Of a stretch of 64,000 nt of DNA, positions 62,710-64,000 are shown one piece after another. The DNA comes from an uncultured bacterium. GTDB lineage: Bacteria; Patescibacteriota; Minisyncoccia; Phycocordibacterales; DATDWN01. The notes under the pieces were generated by a model that searched no databases, was not told the origin of the DNA, and was given only the letters and a program-made list of their open reading frames with translations. The stretch lies in the NCBI GenBank assembly GCA_963727715.1, contig CAVSGX010000007.1, forward strand, positions 36,688 to 100,687. Reading direction: 5' to 3'. A program made the translations under genes and the position numbers. The first letter of the stretch is position 1. Every line of letters starts with the position of its first letter.

Positions 62710-64000
62710 TTAAGCCATTTTATACTTAACTTCCCCCTTCCTCTCGGCAATATCAATCGGATATTTGCCGGTAAAGCATGATGTGCAAAAAGATGATTCC
62801 GACAAACCGGTTGATTCAATCATTCCTTTGTAGGACAAAAAGTGAAGTGAAGTAGCCCCGAGATATTTTTTCATCTGGGCTACGGTCTTGCCATGCGCCA
62901 AAAGTTTCTTCTGGTCCGGCAAATCAATGCCGTAAAAATCCGGAAACTTCACGGGTGGTGAACTGACCAGAAAATGCACCTCGCGCGCTCCGGTTTCAAA
63001 AAGAATTTTGACGATTTGGCGCGATGTCGTTCCACGAACGATGGAGTCGTCGACGACAATCACCCTTTTACCTTTTATCACTTTATCCAGTGGTGCAAGT
63101 TTGAGCTTCACCCCCTGATCGCGAATATGCTGTTCCGGCTCGATGAATGTGCGATGAATGTAACGACTCTTGATAAGTCCCATTTCAAACGGAATGCCCG
63201 ACGCGTTAGCCAAACCTGTCGCTACAGGTATTGCCGTCTCCGGCACTGGTATTATTACATCAGCTTTGATTTTATTTTCTTGCGAGAGCCTCTGGCCGAA
63301 TTTTTTTCGCACATCATAGACAGACTGCCCGAGCAATATAGAATCCGGTCGCGAAAAATAAACAAATTCAAAAATGTCCAGTTTCTGCTCGCCCGGCGCA
63401 ATCTGCTCGCTATGCAAACCTTTCTCATCCACCACCACCATCTCGCCCGGTCGAACAGCGCGAATAAATTTGGCGCCGATCGGATGCAGAGCGCAGGTTT
63501 CGGAGGAAAAAATAAATCCACCATTGAGCTTGCCGATGGAAAGCGGACGAATGCCAAATGAATCGCGCAAGGCAATTAATTTTCTTCTGGTCATTATCAA
63601 AAGCGAGAAAGCGCCGGTGAAAAGCGGGAAAATTTCTCGCACCGTTTGTTCAATTTCCATCCCCTCTTTTAGCAAACAATGCAAAGCTTCGGTCATCAGT
63701 GTTGAATCGGACAAACCAGCGGTTTTCACTTTTTTCTTTTTTAAAAACTCCTCAAGTTTTTTGGTACTTGGCAAGTTGCCGTTGTGAGCCAAAACTATCG
63801 TGCCGTCAGAAACCTCGATAGGTTGAGCGTGTTCCACACCCGTGCCGGACGATGTCGAGTAACGATTATGCCCGATGGCAATGTGACCGGATAATGATTC
63901 AATTATTTTTTCGTTGAAAACTTGCGAAACCAATCCGGTATTTTTGTGACAAGAAATTTTCTTACCATCGCTTGTGGCAATGCCCGAACTCTCCTGCCCG
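62710..64000 (-). CDS. purF: amidophosphoribosyltransferase (5' end outside the window)
   Basis: RGQESSG, GHNRYST, HNGNL, FEFVYFSRPDS, VVDDSIVRGTT. Confidence 0.96.
   Translation of the reverse strand, partial: GQESSGIATSDGKKISCHKNTGLVSQVFNEKIIESLSGHIAIGHNRYSTSSGTGVEHAQPIEVSDGTIVLAHNGNLPSTKKLEEFLKKKKVKTAGLSDSTLMTEALHCLLKEGMEIEQTVREIFPLFTGAFSLLIMTRRKLIALRDSFGIRPLSIGKLNGGFIFSSETCALHPIGAKFIRAVRPGEMVVVDEKGLHSEQIAPGEQKLDIFEFVYFSRPDSILLGQSVYDVRKKFGQRLSQENKIKADVIIPVPETAIPVATGLANASGIPFEMGLIKSRYIHRTFIEPEQHIRDQGVKLKLAPLDKVIKGKRVIVVDDSIVRGTTSRQIVKILFETGAREVHFLVSSPPVKFPDFYGIDLPDQKKLLAHGKTVAQMKKYLGATSLHFLSYKGMIESTGLSESSFCTSCFTGKYPIDIAERKGEVKYKMA

Overview
A low-GC chromosomal segment whose gene style points to a Patescibacteria/CPR (Parcubacteria-like) bacterium; the taxonomy is an inference. 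It carries housekeeping genes (rpmA, rplI, cysS, dnaB, recR, rplU, groES/groEL, secG, rnj, pyrD, purF), five tRNAs, an IS30 element, GH130/mannose and lipid-modifying clusters, and two MacAB-type export operons. Two systems stand out. (1) At 4756-7225 a minus-strand IS110/Nop-domain (TIGR-Tas-like) gene with an apparently inactivated RuvC-like fold sits inside an array of 15 stem-loop units, 10 upstream and 5 downstream. The units share architecture but not sequence: outer stem, 12-nt variable arm, short hairpin, 12-nt variable arm, outer stem. They lie between one sigma70-like promoter and one terminator-like hairpin. This is a candidate multi-guide, nuclease-dead RNA-guided system. (2) At 59973-62689 there is a complete diversity-generating retroelement (RT, antisense Avd-like gene, TR, VR with adenine-specific changes, downstream hairpin). 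Also seen: an 84-bp palindromic element inserted in-frame in pyrD, two families of intergenic palindromic elements, and several +1 frameshifts in conserved genes that probably reflect sequence errors.
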